Made by a program: the position numbers and the translations under genes. A DNA stretch of 64,000 bases, from contig OX597828.1 in NCBI GenBank assembly GCA_951406725.2, positions 11,532,001-11,596,000 of the forward strand, given 5' to 3'. Below, one piece after another: positions 26,101 through 39,416 of this stretch. The notes below the pieces were generated by a model, which worked only from the letters and a program-made list of their open reading frames with translations, was not told the DNA's origin and did no database searches. The DNA comes from Octopus vulgaris. Its lineage: Eukaryota. Every line of letters begins with the position of its first letter. The first letter of the stretch is position 1.

Positions 26101-28039
26101 TTGCCAGCGTCCCCACCACTTATATGTGCTTATATGTACATATTATTTCGCCTGCCCAATAGAAAGAAGTCGCAAGAAAAGATTTCCATATAATTAGAGT
26201 TACCATCACCATCTGATATGTAAAAAAATTGAATCGATACAGTAAGGGTTAAGCCTTATGGGAAATAAAGAAAAAAATAAACTCAGCTCAGCTTTGTTTC
26301 TTTTTGTATGTATGCATGTGTGTGTGAGTGAACAAGCATAAACATGTATTTGCATGCACATAAGAGTGTGTGTGTGTGTGTGTTTCCTTTTGACAGTTTA
26401 CGAAGTAGACGTTTGATCAATTCAGATGGTATCAACCAAATCAACTGGCCACACCAATCTTTTACTGATTTCAGTTACTGGATTGCAGTGGTTTTCTGGT
26501 CACCAACTTCAAGAGCTTAACCAATCATATTCAGCTCAAAAACACACAAAGAAGCAGAATGGATACTGCAAAGCAGTCCCTCTGATGCTCTGACAACTCT
26601 GCCAATCCACTGCCCTGATATGGTACTTCATTTTATCAACTCCAAAAGGATGATAAGCAAAATTACCCAAGGTGAGATTTGAACTCAGAATCCAGAAAGA
26701 GTAAGAACCAAGAGACACAAAACATTTAATCTGATCCTCTAACAACTCAGCCAATCCATCTTGGGTGAAACAACAGCTACAGGAACGAGAGCAACAGATA
26801 TCTGAAATAAGGCTTTGGATGTGTAACCGTTCAGTTAGTCAAAGAAGACTGCATAACCTTAAAAATTACTGCCACCACTATGCCTCATAAACCACGACAA
26901 CAACAATAACAACCACAACCACAATCACAACAACAAAAACAACAAATATGATTTTATTTGAGACCAAATCTGACTGTGTGAAAGATTATATTTAACATTT
27001 AGATCACTGGAAGGTGATTAGTCGGTGAGGAAGAAGATATTAAGTTAAAGACTCCCCTCCATGTGAACTAAAACTGTCTTCAGAAGTGTTCAAAACCACA
27101 TGATGATGATGATGATGATGATAAAACTAAAAGAAAAGTATCAAAATATCAAAATACATTCAAATTTTCTCTTCTCTTTCAGCAAGTAACACTGCAACCA
27201 CACAAAATTCTCTCTGGCATATTTGTTCGACAGAAATAATTCAGAACTATTAAATAAGTGACTTAATGTCCTTAGGGAATTGTATAATTTATTAAATAAC
27301 TCTGGCTTCAGCCAAGTCTTTTCTCGATGCTTACACCAAGTAAACAAAAGAGCCAAAATATTGAAAAAAAATAAGACAGAAAAAGATAATAAAATCATAA
27401 AATGTAGAAAAAGATTTCAAGAAGAAAAAAAAATAGTGCTTTTGTCTTTTGGTAGCAATAGATTAATGGATCAAAACTATATTTCAGAGCAAAGCTAAGG
27501 TAACATCACATTGAATTCAGAAATAATGAAGCATCAGAAAAATACTAAGGTGGTTTCTAAGACAGTTTAGGGTGGAAATGAGTTTTTAGTTCATGTTGTT
27601 GTTTAAGTCCCAGGTGTACCCTGATTGTATTCAGTGATATTCGAAAGCATTCCAACCATAGCCACTCCATGATATATCTTCCTTGCTCCATCCAATGTGA
27701 CTGGATTAGTTAGAAAGAATCTGGAAAAAGCTTGTGTGTGTGTGTGTGTGTGCATCTTTGTATTTTTCCCCCACCATTGCTTCACAACCAGTGTTAGCAT
27801 GGTTACATCCCTGTAAATTTGCAATTCAGCAAAAGGGATGATAGAATAAGTACCAGGCTTATAAAAAAAAAAATGATAAGTATTTGGGGTCAATTCATTC
27901 CAACATGATGTATCTACCTTGCTCCATCAGGATAATGAATAGTAGCAAACGAATGACTTCCGAGGGGAATACAAAGGTTCTTTCTTGTTTCCTTCTTTCA
28001 GATGTTTTATATTACATTGCTGGCTCCACCGCAAGGGGT

Positions 28040-28150
28040 GATGCCTTTGTTGCAAGTGTGGTGAGAGCCACACCAATGGAGTGCAAGCTCTTGATAGGGT
28101 TTTCCATGCTGGACAGGTCAAAGAGTAGAGGCCAAACTAATAGACCTACT
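28040..28150 (+). mobile_element. RTE-clade LINE 5'-UTR-like fragment
   Basis: gagagccacaccaatggagtgcaagctcttgatagggtttccatgctggacaggtcaaagagtagaggccaaactaa resembles recalled RTE 5' UTR motif. Confidence 0.45.
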
Positions 28151-29125
28151 TCTCTGCAATGTGCATAGGGATAACAGCCCTCTCAAGAAAAAAGAAAAAA
28201 CTAAGTTACCAAAGCATGGATCACAATTCAAAACCAACAAGAAGAGGGAGAGAAAAACCTTCCACAAAAACATATGAACAGAAGCTGCAAGGAAAAGCAG
28301 GGATTCAGCTGAAGAGAAACAGAAAGGGCAGCCCTTGCTCAGGGCTGATCTGAAGCTAAGAAACAGCAGTAGCAACAACAAAATTGAGCCACAGCTTCAG
28401 CTTATTAACCTTTAGCATGCTGTAGATGCATCATGTTGCAGTACGATCAATGGAGCAGCCCTCTCATGAAATTAATGTGCAAGTGGCTTAGCACTCCACA
28501 TACATATGTACCCTCAATGTAGTTCTCAGGGAGATTCAGCATGACACAGAGTGTGACAAGGCTGGCCCTTTGAAATACAGGTACTACTCGTTTTTGCCAG
28601 ATGAGTGGACTGGAGCAATGTGGAATAAAGTGTCTTGCTCAAGGACACAACATGTCACTGGGAATTGAACTCATGACGTTGCGATCGTGAGCTGAATACC
28701 CTAAACACTAAGTCAAGTGCCTTCACACATACATATATACACATTCTTTTATATATTTCAGCCCTAAGGTTGTGGCCATGCTGGAGCACATAGACATTCA
28801 CAATGCACATGTTTTAGTTTCCATCAACTACATCTACTCACACTGTTTTGGTTGAACCATGGCTATAGTAGAAGACACTTGGCCAAGGTAGGTACCATGC
28901 AGTAGGACTGAACTTGAAAGAACATGGGTGAGAAGCAAACTTCTTAATCACAGAGCCATGCCTTGCAAACATGAAAAATAATCTCAATACAGCACAATGC
29001 ACCTTAGCTATAAGGGAGAAAACTCATACGGTACCATGATGCACTTAAGTGAGCTAAAGGTTAATGAAATATTTTCTGTAATTAAAAGGAATTGTAAACA
29101 AAAGTAATCAAGACTTATTCCTTAC

Positions 29126-29296
29126 TGAATTATACAGTTCTCTGTAGATTTCTTGACGAACCCCTTTATTTCTGGACTGTCAGCCAACTGGTCGAAGGGG
29201 CTTGGCTGCGAGTTGGATGTTTCACCTTCTGCATTTAGGTAAGGTGTAACATCTTCCAACATGGTCTTCAACTTGTCGTTAAATGTTTTGCATAGG
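29126..29296 (-). CDS. COG1: COG1 internal exon (171 nt, phase 2/2): LCKTFNDKLKTMLEDVTPYLNAEGETSNSQPSPFDQLADSPEIKGFVKKSTENCII(Q)
   Basis: Acceptor ctcttctatttcag, donor gtaagg; inside ORF 29122..29328; resembles recalled FCSALDSKLKVKLDDLLAYL...FDRYADA. Confidence 0.92.
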
Positions 29297-29852
29297 CTGA
29301 AATAGAAGAGAACACTAAAATAAGACAAGAGTAGATGTAAAGGAGAGCAATGATGAAGGACATGCCACCACCACCACCACCATCATCAACAGCAGCAACA
29401 GCAGCAACAGCAGCACCACCAATTCAATCATCAACATGATAAACTTAAAGAGCAATATGAGAGCCTCTTAGGAACCTCATAACCCGCTAGAAACATTAGC
29501 TAAAAATTCATTATAAAATATTATTTGGAATTCAAATATAGGCAGGACATGTTTGATAATGTTGTTTAAGATGTGCTTTGCCTGGAAAAATAAATAAGTT
29601 GTGAAGTCAAGACTGGAATATTAACTGATTACAGATCTGCATGATCGAGTCTGTCTCAGAGCAAAACATGAACAAGATACACTACAGGATATCAGAATAT
29701 GCAATAGGAATATTGTAGAATGCTGAATTTGTGGGTTTCATGGAGATTAGACCTAGATCAAAGACAATCTAACCATGACCACTCCATCTTTTTTAAGAAG
29801 ACTGTACTTCCAATATTGATTTGCTCTGATATATATATATATACTACATATA

Positions 29853-30287
29853 ATACAGTTCTAATATTTAAGACATGAGGAATTATGTACATTATTTACA
29901 TTTAATGGATATTTGTCCTCATCTTGTTTGTTGTTAACACAACATTTCGACTGATACACCCTCCAGCCTTCATCAGGTGTCTTGGGGGAATTTCAAACCT
30001 GGGTTCTCATTTCTACGGTATTTTTCGATGTTATTATCATTATTATTATTATTACTATTATTATTACTATTATTATTATTATTATTATTAATATTCAGGT
30101 CACTGCCTGGAATCGAACTCGGAATCTTGGGGTTAGTAGCACGCACTCTTAACCACTACAGTGTATGCCCATGGGGTTATTAGCCCACACTCTTAACCAC
30201 TACGCCATGTGCCTACGGGCATATGGTGTAGTGGTTAAGAGTGCAGGCTACTAACCCCAAGATTCCGATTTTGATTCCAGGCAGTCA

Positions 30288-30326
<39 letters not shown>

Positions 30327-30481
30327 CAACATAAAAAATACCATGGGAATGAGAACCCAGGTTCGAAATTTCCCCAAGACACCTGATGAAGGCTTGGGGG
30401 TGGTATATCAGCTGAAACGTTATGTTAACAACAAACAAGATGAGGACAAATATCCATTAAATGTAAATAATATAAATAATG
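29853..30481. mobile_element. Head-to-head palindromic tRNA-headed SINE with (AAT)n and hammerhead-like tail (putatively Penelope-mobilised)
   Basis: ~280-bp inverted arms; tRNA-like head gggcatatggtgtagtggttaagagtgcaggctactaaccccaagattccg..; CTGATGA...GAAA motif in each arm; 15-bp direct repeat tatatactacatata at 29838-29852 and 30482-30496. Confidence 0.8.
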
Positions 30482-30973
30482 TATATACTACATATACACT
30501 GCATATTGCTGTGAAGGCCTGTGGCTTACTGACTATGGTCTCCAGCTCACAATCATAAGGTTGTAAATATGATTCTCAATTGTGTGTTGTGTCCTTGAGC
30601 AAGACAATTTATTTCACATTGCTCCAGTTCATTTAGCTAAGAAAAATGAGCAGTACTCGTATCATGCTGAATCTCCCTGAGAACTACGTTGACAGTATGT
30701 GCGTCTTTTGAGTACTCATCCACTTGCAGGTTAATCTCATGAGCAAACTGTTCTGATGATCAGATTAACTGGGAGACTCATCACTGCAACTGATGGAGTG
30801 GCAGTAAAAACTGCATAATAAATCTAAAAAATATACGCTGCATACAAAACAGTCTTACTAAAAGTTTAAGATTCACTGAGGTTGAAATTGTAATCCTTGT
30901 GTTCTTAAATCCACATCTTTTCTCTATTTATTATAATCTTACTCAATAACTGCCTTATCTTTAGATTACATTA

Positions 30974-31390
30974 GGAGTGGCTGAGTGGTAAGTAGCTTGC
31001 TTACCAACCACATGGTTCCGGGTTCAGTCCCACTGTGTGGCACCTTGGGCAAGTGTCTTCTACTATAGTCTCGGGACGACCAAAGCCTTGTGAATGGATT
31101 TGGTATATGAAAATTGAAAGAAGCCCGTCATATATCATCATCATCATCATTTATCATCATCGTTTTCCGTACTAGCACATGTGTGTGTGTGTTTGTGTGT
31201 CTGTGTTTGTCCCCCCAACATCACTTGACAACTGATGCTGGTGTGTTTACGTCCCCATAACTTAGCGGTTTGGCAAACCAATAGAATAAGTACTAGGCTT
31301 ACAAAGAAAAAGTCCTGGGGTCGATTTGCTCGATTAAAGGTGGTGCTCCAGCATGGCCACAGTTACATGATTGAAACAAGTAAAAGAGTT
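30974..31390 (+). mobile_element. SINE family A
   Basis: Full length. Confidence 0.88.
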
Positions 31391-31591
31391 CTTCAGGTGT
31401 CCACCTTTATACTTTGGTTGCTGCAATATCTCGACCATGTGCATTTTTGTATTGTGTTCAATCTTGTTCAAAATTAGCTTGTTCCTTCTACTATAATCTC
31501 CCCCAATATATCACTGGACAAGGGTGAAATACATTCTTATAACAGAATTAATCAAATCATTCAGGCTCTACAGAAGTAAGGAAAAACATGT

Positions 31592-31898
31592 AGCATTTTT
31601 AGAGAGTTATAGCCAAAAAATGGAAAAAAATTATGGTAAATTTTTTTAGTTAAAAAGGTCGAGTTGCGTCCCCTAGACAGTCTGTGGTTGGTGTTTCTGA
31701 TTCTCGACCCCATGTCGAATTTATCGATTTTTTTCAGAACTGGGGGAACTTTTCAAAATTTTCGCTGCGTTAGTTTTGAATTATGACATTGGGCTATGTG
31801 TGTGTCAAGTTTCATCAGAATCGGTTGAAAGCCGTGGTCAGGGTGAGGGTACAACCTAACAGACACACAGACAAACTGCCGTTTATATAGAGAGAGAT
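31592..31898 (+). mobile_element. Helitron/Helentron-like non-autonomous element end
   Basis: aagtttcatcagaatcggttgaaagccgtg...acagacacacagacaaactgccgtttatatagagagagat resembles Lep1-type rolling-circle element ends (recalled); CpGs intact, so probably young. Confidence 0.5.
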
Positions 31899-32039
31899 TA
31901 ATCAAATCATTCAGGCTCTACAGAAGTAAGGAAAAACATGTCCACTAATCTATTCAATATTTCCACCTAGAAAATATTTGATGGGAGTATATATATTTAT
32001 TCATATTCATGTGTAGATTTTGGTATGATTCTACATGTA

Positions 32040-32485
32040 TATTTCCAATGAATGTGCAAGCATTCTTTGATATGTGTGCATGCATGCTAATGTGTATTCG
32101 TGTGCCTGTGTAAACGGATGTGAAATTTGTATATGCATGCAGTATGTGTATATGGGTATATATGTGGGTATCCTTATGTTTGTATGTGTGTGTATGCATG
32201 CTTGTGGTTATAATTGCATACAAATGTGTAGGTATTCTTGTGTGTATATGTATGTGTGCTTGTGTGCATCTGTATTCTTGCATGAATGCACGTTTAATGT
32301 GTATTTTTGCATTGCATGTGTAAATGAGGATATGTGTGCTCTTATGTTTCTATGCGTGTGCATTCACTGGTATAACTGTGCATGAATGTGTAGGTGTTCT
32401 TGCATGCATCTGTGTGCACATACAGGTCTGTCTGTGCAGGTATACGTGTATCTGTGCATGTATGCATGTGCACATGTGTGCACGC
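32040..32485. repeat. Degenerate TG/TGCA low-complexity tract
   Basis: Decayed (TG)n with tgca/tgta interruptions. Confidence 0.85.
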
Positions 32486-33029
32486 TCACAGTCCTTCTGT
32501 CAAAGTAGAAAGTTTAAAGTACATTTATCCAAGAGACCAAGCGACAGAGAACTGGGAGGTGAAGAAAGTAGGTCTCCCCATAAATGCAGACCTTAGCACT
32601 TTACTCTTTCAAAGAGCGTACAATAGTAGATGAAGAACACTAGACTGCATCAAAATTGATGTAAACGCCAATATCATGGTCTTTTGATACTTGTGTACGT
32701 CTCTATTCCAGCTTTTTACCATCAAAAAGTCAAAGCTGATATTATGTCATGTCCAATTTACCAAGCCGCCATGCAACAAGTTGTCTGGCAAATGGATTTG
32801 CAGTTGTAATGCCAACTGATCTACTAAGAATAAGTAGAAGTAGGACTTATTCTTATTTCCGTACTGCAGTGAACTTCTGAAATAGCAACTTCCAAGAATA
32901 ATGGAAAACCCAAGATTAATGGCAGTTTTGAAAATTGGCCTACACTAGTGTTCTAGATTGTTTATGCCGCCTTCTGCAATGTCGAAAATGTATTTCCAAG
33001 TGTATCACTTTTTCTTTTGTTATTCTTTT

Positions 33030-33380
33030 ATTCTTTTATCTGCTTCAGTCATTTGACTGCGGCCAGGCTGGAGCACTGGCTTGAAGGGTTTTAGTCGACC
33101 CGGGGACTTATTTTTTTTAAACCAAGTAATTATTCTATCAGTGTCTTTTGCTGAACCGCTGAGTTATGGGGCCATAAACAAGGACACAAAGACACACACA
33201 CAGATATATATATATATATATGACAGGCTTCTTTCAGTTTCCGTCTATCAAATCCACTTACAAGGCTTTGGTCAGCTCAAGTCTATTGTAGAAAATACTT
33301 GCTCAAGGTGCCACACAGTGGGACTGAACCCGGAACCATGTGGTTGGGAAGAAGGCTTCTTACCACACAGCCATGCCTGT
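33030..33380 (-). mobile_element. SINE family A
   Basis: Internally deleted copy. Confidence 0.82.
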
Positions 33381-34139
33381 TTTTTGTCTTTTTCTTCTCT
33401 GTTTTTTTTTTTTTTTACTTATTTTACCCCAACAACATTTATCATGCATTTAACAGCCGATAAAATGTAATTCATTATACTGCATCATCTATCTGGGGCA
33501 CTGCCTTGCATTATTTAATCCAAACAAATCATCCCTAGTAGTTATTTTTTTTTAAATGTGACACTTATTCCATAAACTTCTCTTACCGGACCACTAATAT
33601 AAAAGGACATAAACAAACCAATACTGGCTGTCAAATAATAGTGCAGAACAAACACAAAGACGCGCACACACACACGACAGACTTCCACACAGTTTTTTGT
33701 TCAGCAAATTTACTTATAAGACAAGACATTGGTTGGCCCAGGGATATAATAGAAGGCATTTGCCCAAAGTACCATGCAGTGGGACTGATCTCAAAACTAT
33801 TAGGTTGTCCGGAAAATCTGTGCCGATTTTTAAACATGGTCATGGTTGCGAAACATCTGATCTTAAGTCAGATCAATGAAAATTAATGTGAGCTACATCA
33901 AAATTTACGACAAACCAAGTGAGATCATAGTTGTGGTCAATGCTGGTATTACGTAACTGGAATGTAAAAAGCACCCACTACACTCTTGGAGTGGTTGGCA
34001 TTAGGAAAGGCATCTAACCATAGAAACCATGCCGAATCAGACTGGAACCTGGTGTAGCTCCCCAGCTAATAAGTTTTCAGTCAAACTGTCCAATCCATGC
34101 CAGCATGGAAAACAGACATATAATGATGATACATTAACC

Positions 34140-34592
34140 ACTGACATATTCTTTCCTACTCTAGGCACAAGGCTCAAAATTTTGGTGGTGGAGGCCAGTC
34201 GATTAGATTCATCCCAGTACGCAACTGGCACTTAATTTATTGACCCTGAAAGGATGAAAGACAAAGTCAACGTTAGCAGAATTTGAACTCAGAATGTAGC
34301 AGCAGATGAAATATCACTAGGCATTTCACCCAGCGTGCTGACATCTCTGGTAGATTACTACCTGCGGCGAGCTGGCAGAAATGTTAGCACGCCGGGTGAA
34401 ATGCGTAGCCGTATTTCGTCTGTCGATACATTCCGAGTTCAAATTCCACCGAGGTTGACTTTGCCTTTCATCCTTTCGGGGTTGATAAATTAAGTACCAG
34501 TTACACACTGGGGTCGATGTAATCAACTTAATCCCTTTGTCTGTCCTTGTTTGTCTCCTCCGTGTTTAGCCCCTTGTGGGTAGTAAAGAAAT
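34140..34592. mobile_element. Two family B-related SINEs head-to-head
   Basis: Minus copy ~34145-34350, plus copy ~34364-34592. Confidence 0.8.
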
Positions 34593-34696
34593 ATATCATT
34601 GATATACTAACACAGACATCAAAATACAATGTGTTCTTGTGTAATGAGGAAATGATAGAGAGCTTTAGGAATGGCAAAAGTAGCAAAACCACTCAC

Positions 34697-34855
34697 CTTT
34701 GTATAGTTGGAGTGTATGTACAGGCTTTCATAAGAAGGCCACCACCAGAGCTGAGGGTTTTCTGACTAGCTGGAATCCAGGCTGTATTTGGTGGAATGTC
34801 TGCAGGAGATTCAATCCAAATAAATTTTGCCAGATCCACTTCAGCAAACATTGAC
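34697..34855 (-). CDS. COG1: COG1 internal exon (159 nt, phase 2/2): SMFAEVDLAKFIWIESPADIPPNTAWIPASQKTLSSGGGLLMKACTYTPTIQ(S)
   Basis: Acceptor gtgtctcag, donor gtgagt; FIWIESPADIP..AW and GLLMKA match recalled COG1 motifs; inside ORF 34693..34896. Confidence 0.92.
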
Positions 34856-35216
34856 CTGAGACACATAAATAGAAGAGAAAACAAGAATAAAAACATATAT
34901 TTACAATGTATTGATGTATTTTATCTAGTCATTTATTTTTTTTTTACTTGTTTCAGTCAATGAACTGCAGCCACACTGGGGCACCACCCTGAAGAGTTTT
35001 AGACAAACAAATCAATCCTAGTACCTATTTTTAAGCCTAGAACTTATTCTATTGGTCTCTTTTGCTAAACTGTCAAGTTGCAAGGACATAAATAAACCGA
35101 CACCAGTTGTCGAGCAGTGGTGGTGGGGGGGTTAACAAGCACAGACATTCAGACGCACCCATCTAAAGCTAGCAGAGCTCATCCTTTTCCATATATGACT
35201 ACTACTATTTTCTCTC

Positions 35217-35270
<54 letters not shown>

Positions 35271-36164
35271 AGTAGTAGAGAATGATACATTATTTATCAA
35301 TTTCAGAAAGAATAAAAAGTTGACATCAGTAGAATTTGAACTCAGAACAACAGAAGAATGTCATAGGGTGACATTCTATCCAATGCTCCAAAACTCTGCC
35401 AATTTGATGCTTCAGACAAACCCTTAACCAAAATGCAGGCTCAAACCTATGAGCCTAAGATCAAATGTTTCATGCTCCAATAACTGAGCCACTTGAGTTT
35501 GGCTGCCTGAGTCTAAAAGCCAAGACTCATTTTATATTGAAAGAACTGACCAGCTGCAAAGATGTCAACACATTTTTATTGTCTTTCTCTCTTCCTTCTT
35601 TCTTTCCATCTCTTTTCCATTGACACCCCTTTTCAGATACACAGACACCCACACACACATGCGCACACACACACACATGCGCACACACACACACATGCGC
35701 ACACACACACACTCTCTCTCACTCTCTCTCTCTCTCTCTCTCTCACAAGACAATGCTAAAAAGAAATCCAGACAATTTTTTTAAACATTTTACCCCCACT
35801 GAAGTGACCACCTGGGTTTCACATTTCTAAAAGCCCAGAATCATTTTATATTGAAAGAACTGACCATCTGCAAACACACTCTCTCACTTTCTCCTCATTC
35901 CTCACCCTCCTGTGCTAACTTATATCTCTCTCTACCCCTACCCACTCAATAATACTATGAAAAGGGACAAAATTCCAGAAAAAGTTCAGTCTGAGGACTC
36001 CACTAGAGTATATATGATATATATGATTTATAAAAACATGTGACATATTAATAAATATCTGTAAATATAAAACCATCCAGATTTCTGAGTACCTTATTTC
36101 TTCTAATATATAATACCTGTACATCATCTCCAAACCTCCTGATATATATATATATTAGATACTC

Positions 36165-36540
36165 TTTACTCTCTTTTACTCTTTTACTTGTTTCAGTCAT
36201 TTGACTGCGGCCATGCTGGAGCACCACCTTTAGTCGAACAAATCGACCCCGGGACTTAATCTTTGTAAGCCCAGTACTTATTCTATCGGTCTCTTTTGCC
36301 GAACCGCTAAGTGACGGGGATGTAAACACACCAGCATCGGTTGTCAAGCAATGCTAGGTAGACAAACACAAACGCACACACACATATATATATACATATA
36401 TACGACAGGCTTCTTTCAGTTTCCGTCTACCGGGGCTATAGCAGAAGACATTTGCCCAAGATGCCACGCAGTGGGACTGAACCCGGAACCATGTGGTTGG
36501 TTAGCAAGCTACTTACCACACAGCCACTCCTGCGCCTATA
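36165..36540 (-). mobile_element. SINE family A
   Basis: Young copy with a small internal deletion. Confidence 0.88.
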
Positions 36541-37303
36541 TATATATATATATTAGATATATATACACACATATATATACACACAGAGACACATACATAG
36601 TGAAGGCACATGGCTCAGTGGCTAGAGTATTGGGCTCATGATCATAAGGTAGTGAGTTCGATTCCTGGACCGGGCTGTGTGTTGTGTTCTTGAGCAAGAT
36701 GCTTTATTTCACATTGCTCCAGTTAATTCAGCTGTAGAAATGAGTTGCGACATCACTGGTACCAAACTCTATAACCCTTTGCCTTTCCCTTGGATAACAT
36801 CAGTGGCATGGAGAGGGGATGCTGGTCTTCCCTAAACGTCCTTGCCTGGACTTGTACCTCAGAGAGTAACTGTTTAGGTGCAATGCCGGTCATTCATGAC
36901 CAATGGTGTCTTTACCTTTTCACACATGCATACTAGCTGAGTATCCTGTTGCAGCCAGGCAATTTTCAATATAGAATGCTTTTATTTCAATATCTCAATT
37001 CCATTTCAGGCCATGTCTTTGGAAGATCAGAGCAGATTTCTGCATTATTTGGGGCAATTTATAATGTACTGATAAGCTAAGTGTTTGTTTTTTCAATTTG
37101 GTGTATAGACATAGCCTCCCCCCACCCCCATATATCATCATCATCGTTTAACGTCTGTTTTCAGTGCTAGCACGAGTAGGACGATTCGACCGGGGTCTGG
37201 GAAGCCAGGAGGCTGCACCAGGCTCCAGTCTGATCTGGCAGTGTTTCTACAGCTGGATGCCCTTCCTAACGCCATCCTCTCCGTGAGTGTAGTGGGTGCT
37301 TTT

Positions 37304-37348
<45 letters not shown>

Positions 37349-38954
37349 TAGAAAGAGAGGAAGAAAGAGAAAGAGAGAGATGGTCATTAAGGGTAAACAC
37401 CAATATATTTTTGCTGCATTGTAAAGAAGAATTCATGGATGTGAGAGAGCAACTGTCTAACGAAACCAACAGAAATTGTTTTCTTTCTTATATTTTATGT
37501 TGCAACCAATCTAATTTAACAGAGAAACACTGGAAACAATATTACAGCACTGACCCTGAATCACATTTACCTAAATGTATTAGAATTCCAAGCTTAAAAT
37601 CAGCTATTCCTATAAGTATTCAGATGAAGAGAAGTCTATAAATATTCAGATGGAATGAGGTCTACAGTTGATTCTGAAATAAAACAAAAGCAAGCAGGTC
37701 TACCGCAACATATCATGACACAAACGATGTTGTATTAAGTCAAAGAGGAAACCTTTGTATTGTCACGCAACCTGCTAAAAGTAGTGGGCAAATCTCACTC
37801 AAATTTACACTGTGACATCTTTAGAACAAGACACATTGGATAGTCAGTCATAGGTGAGATACACTATGCCTCGACAAAAGGCAGGATGGACATGATTATA
37901 ACAGCTTTGATGATAAAAGTGTCCAATCAAGTCTGACATAAAGTTAGAGTTTGACCAGAAGAATAAAAAGAATAAAGCTTTATCTTACCATTCAAGTCTC
38001 ATATATATATGAAAAAAAAGAAAGAAAAACAAGGTTTATTCTGTCATTCCTAGGAGTGCTATTCTTTTATAAAAGAATATGAAATAATTTAGGCTAGGAG
38101 TAAAACTGAAATGGCTGAGTGGATGATGATGATGATCATCATCGTTTAACGTCCGTTCTCCATGCTAGCATGGGTTGGACAGTTCGACCGGGGATCTGGG
38201 AAGCCAGAAGGCTGCACCAAGCTCCAGTCTTATCTGGCAATGTTTCTACAGCTGGATGCCCTTCCTAACGCCAACCACTCCGTGAGTGTAGTGGGTGCTT
38301 TTTACGTGCCAATTGAACTATTTGAAAGTTGATTGAGAGTTCAAACCTGCTATATTTATTCCAGTGAGTTTTTGAGGAAAAGCAATATATCCTATGTTAT
38401 TTCAGGGGTTATGACTAACAGGAACAGGTAGCATGTACAATTTGCTCTCTTATATCTGTGTATATATTTATCTAAATCTTGTAGGACTCTATTCTTTTTT
38501 TTTCTTCCTTCTTTCTATCAGCCCTTTCACGCTTACTTCGTTCATTCCACCCTTCATTCTTCTGTTCCCTCTCTCTCACATTTCCTTGCTTTCTCTTTAT
38601 GCTCACTTTCCCTCCTCTTTTCACTTCATTGTGTCCCTGTCATTTTTTCTCGCCCCCTCCTTATTTCTTCTGTCCCTCTGCCTCTACCTCTCTCTCTTCT
38701 CTCAGCTAAGCCTGACCTTTCTTTCTTGCTTCAGCCGCTGTCCATGCAACATCTATATTCCTTCCTGTGCTTGTGAAATTCTGTATCCCTGCTGTAAGGC
38801 TTTACTTACACACATGCCAGCTTAATTTAATTCGTCCTTAATCAAAAGACACCTATTGTTATGTCCTGTTATTTGTATTTCTGTAACATTCTCTGTTCTT
38901 TTCCATCCTTGTTTTCATATACATTCACTGTTTTTTTTCCAAGGAATTTAATGC

Positions 38955-39170
38955 TCTTAGCTTAATTTTTCCTTGAGGCTGGCCAGATTGGAGCAATCTC
39001 AAGCATAACCAGCTGAAATTGCAAAGATAATCTGGAACTCAACTGAGGAAAGAAAACTCTGAATGACTTGTCATTGTTTTCTTTGTATCATCTATCTGGA
39101 TGTTTTGTCCCCTTTTTTGTATCACCTGTCTGGATGTTTTCCATTCTTGTCCCAATTTGTATATTTTATA
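38955..39170 (+). mobile_element. Copy of the 44872-45147 family
   Basis: Shares aaccagctgaaattgcaaagataatctggaactcaactgaggaaagaaaactctgaatgac and tgtatcatct.tctggat with 44985-45095. Confidence 0.7.
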
Positions 39171-39191
39171 TATATGTCTGTATATAATATA

Positions 39192-39416
39192 CAGGGTTGG
39201 TCAAAAGGCACCTGACAGTAAATCAAAACCATTTCATTTATGTTTAATAAGTGAATGAATTTAATAAAAGCATCTAAATATGCATCATCATGAAAATTGT
39301 TCAAGCTTAAGTCCTTCCTTCTTGAGCGACACATTTTTCCATTCAAGTCAATACAGAATTACAAATAGTATTTATGGAATTTTGGTTTTCAGTCGGGTGA
39401 CTTCTGGCCAACCCTG
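39192..39416. mobile_element. Tc1/mariner-type MITE
   Basis: TA-cagggttggtcaaaaggcacctgac ... gtcgggtgacttctggccaaccctg-TA. Confidence 0.8.

Noticed and set aside
28021-28140. HDV-like ribozyme at the RTE-like 5' end (ggctccacc / ggtgagagcc pairing)
   Set aside because: Could not place P3/L3/P1.1 or P2 elements; only one helix is visible.
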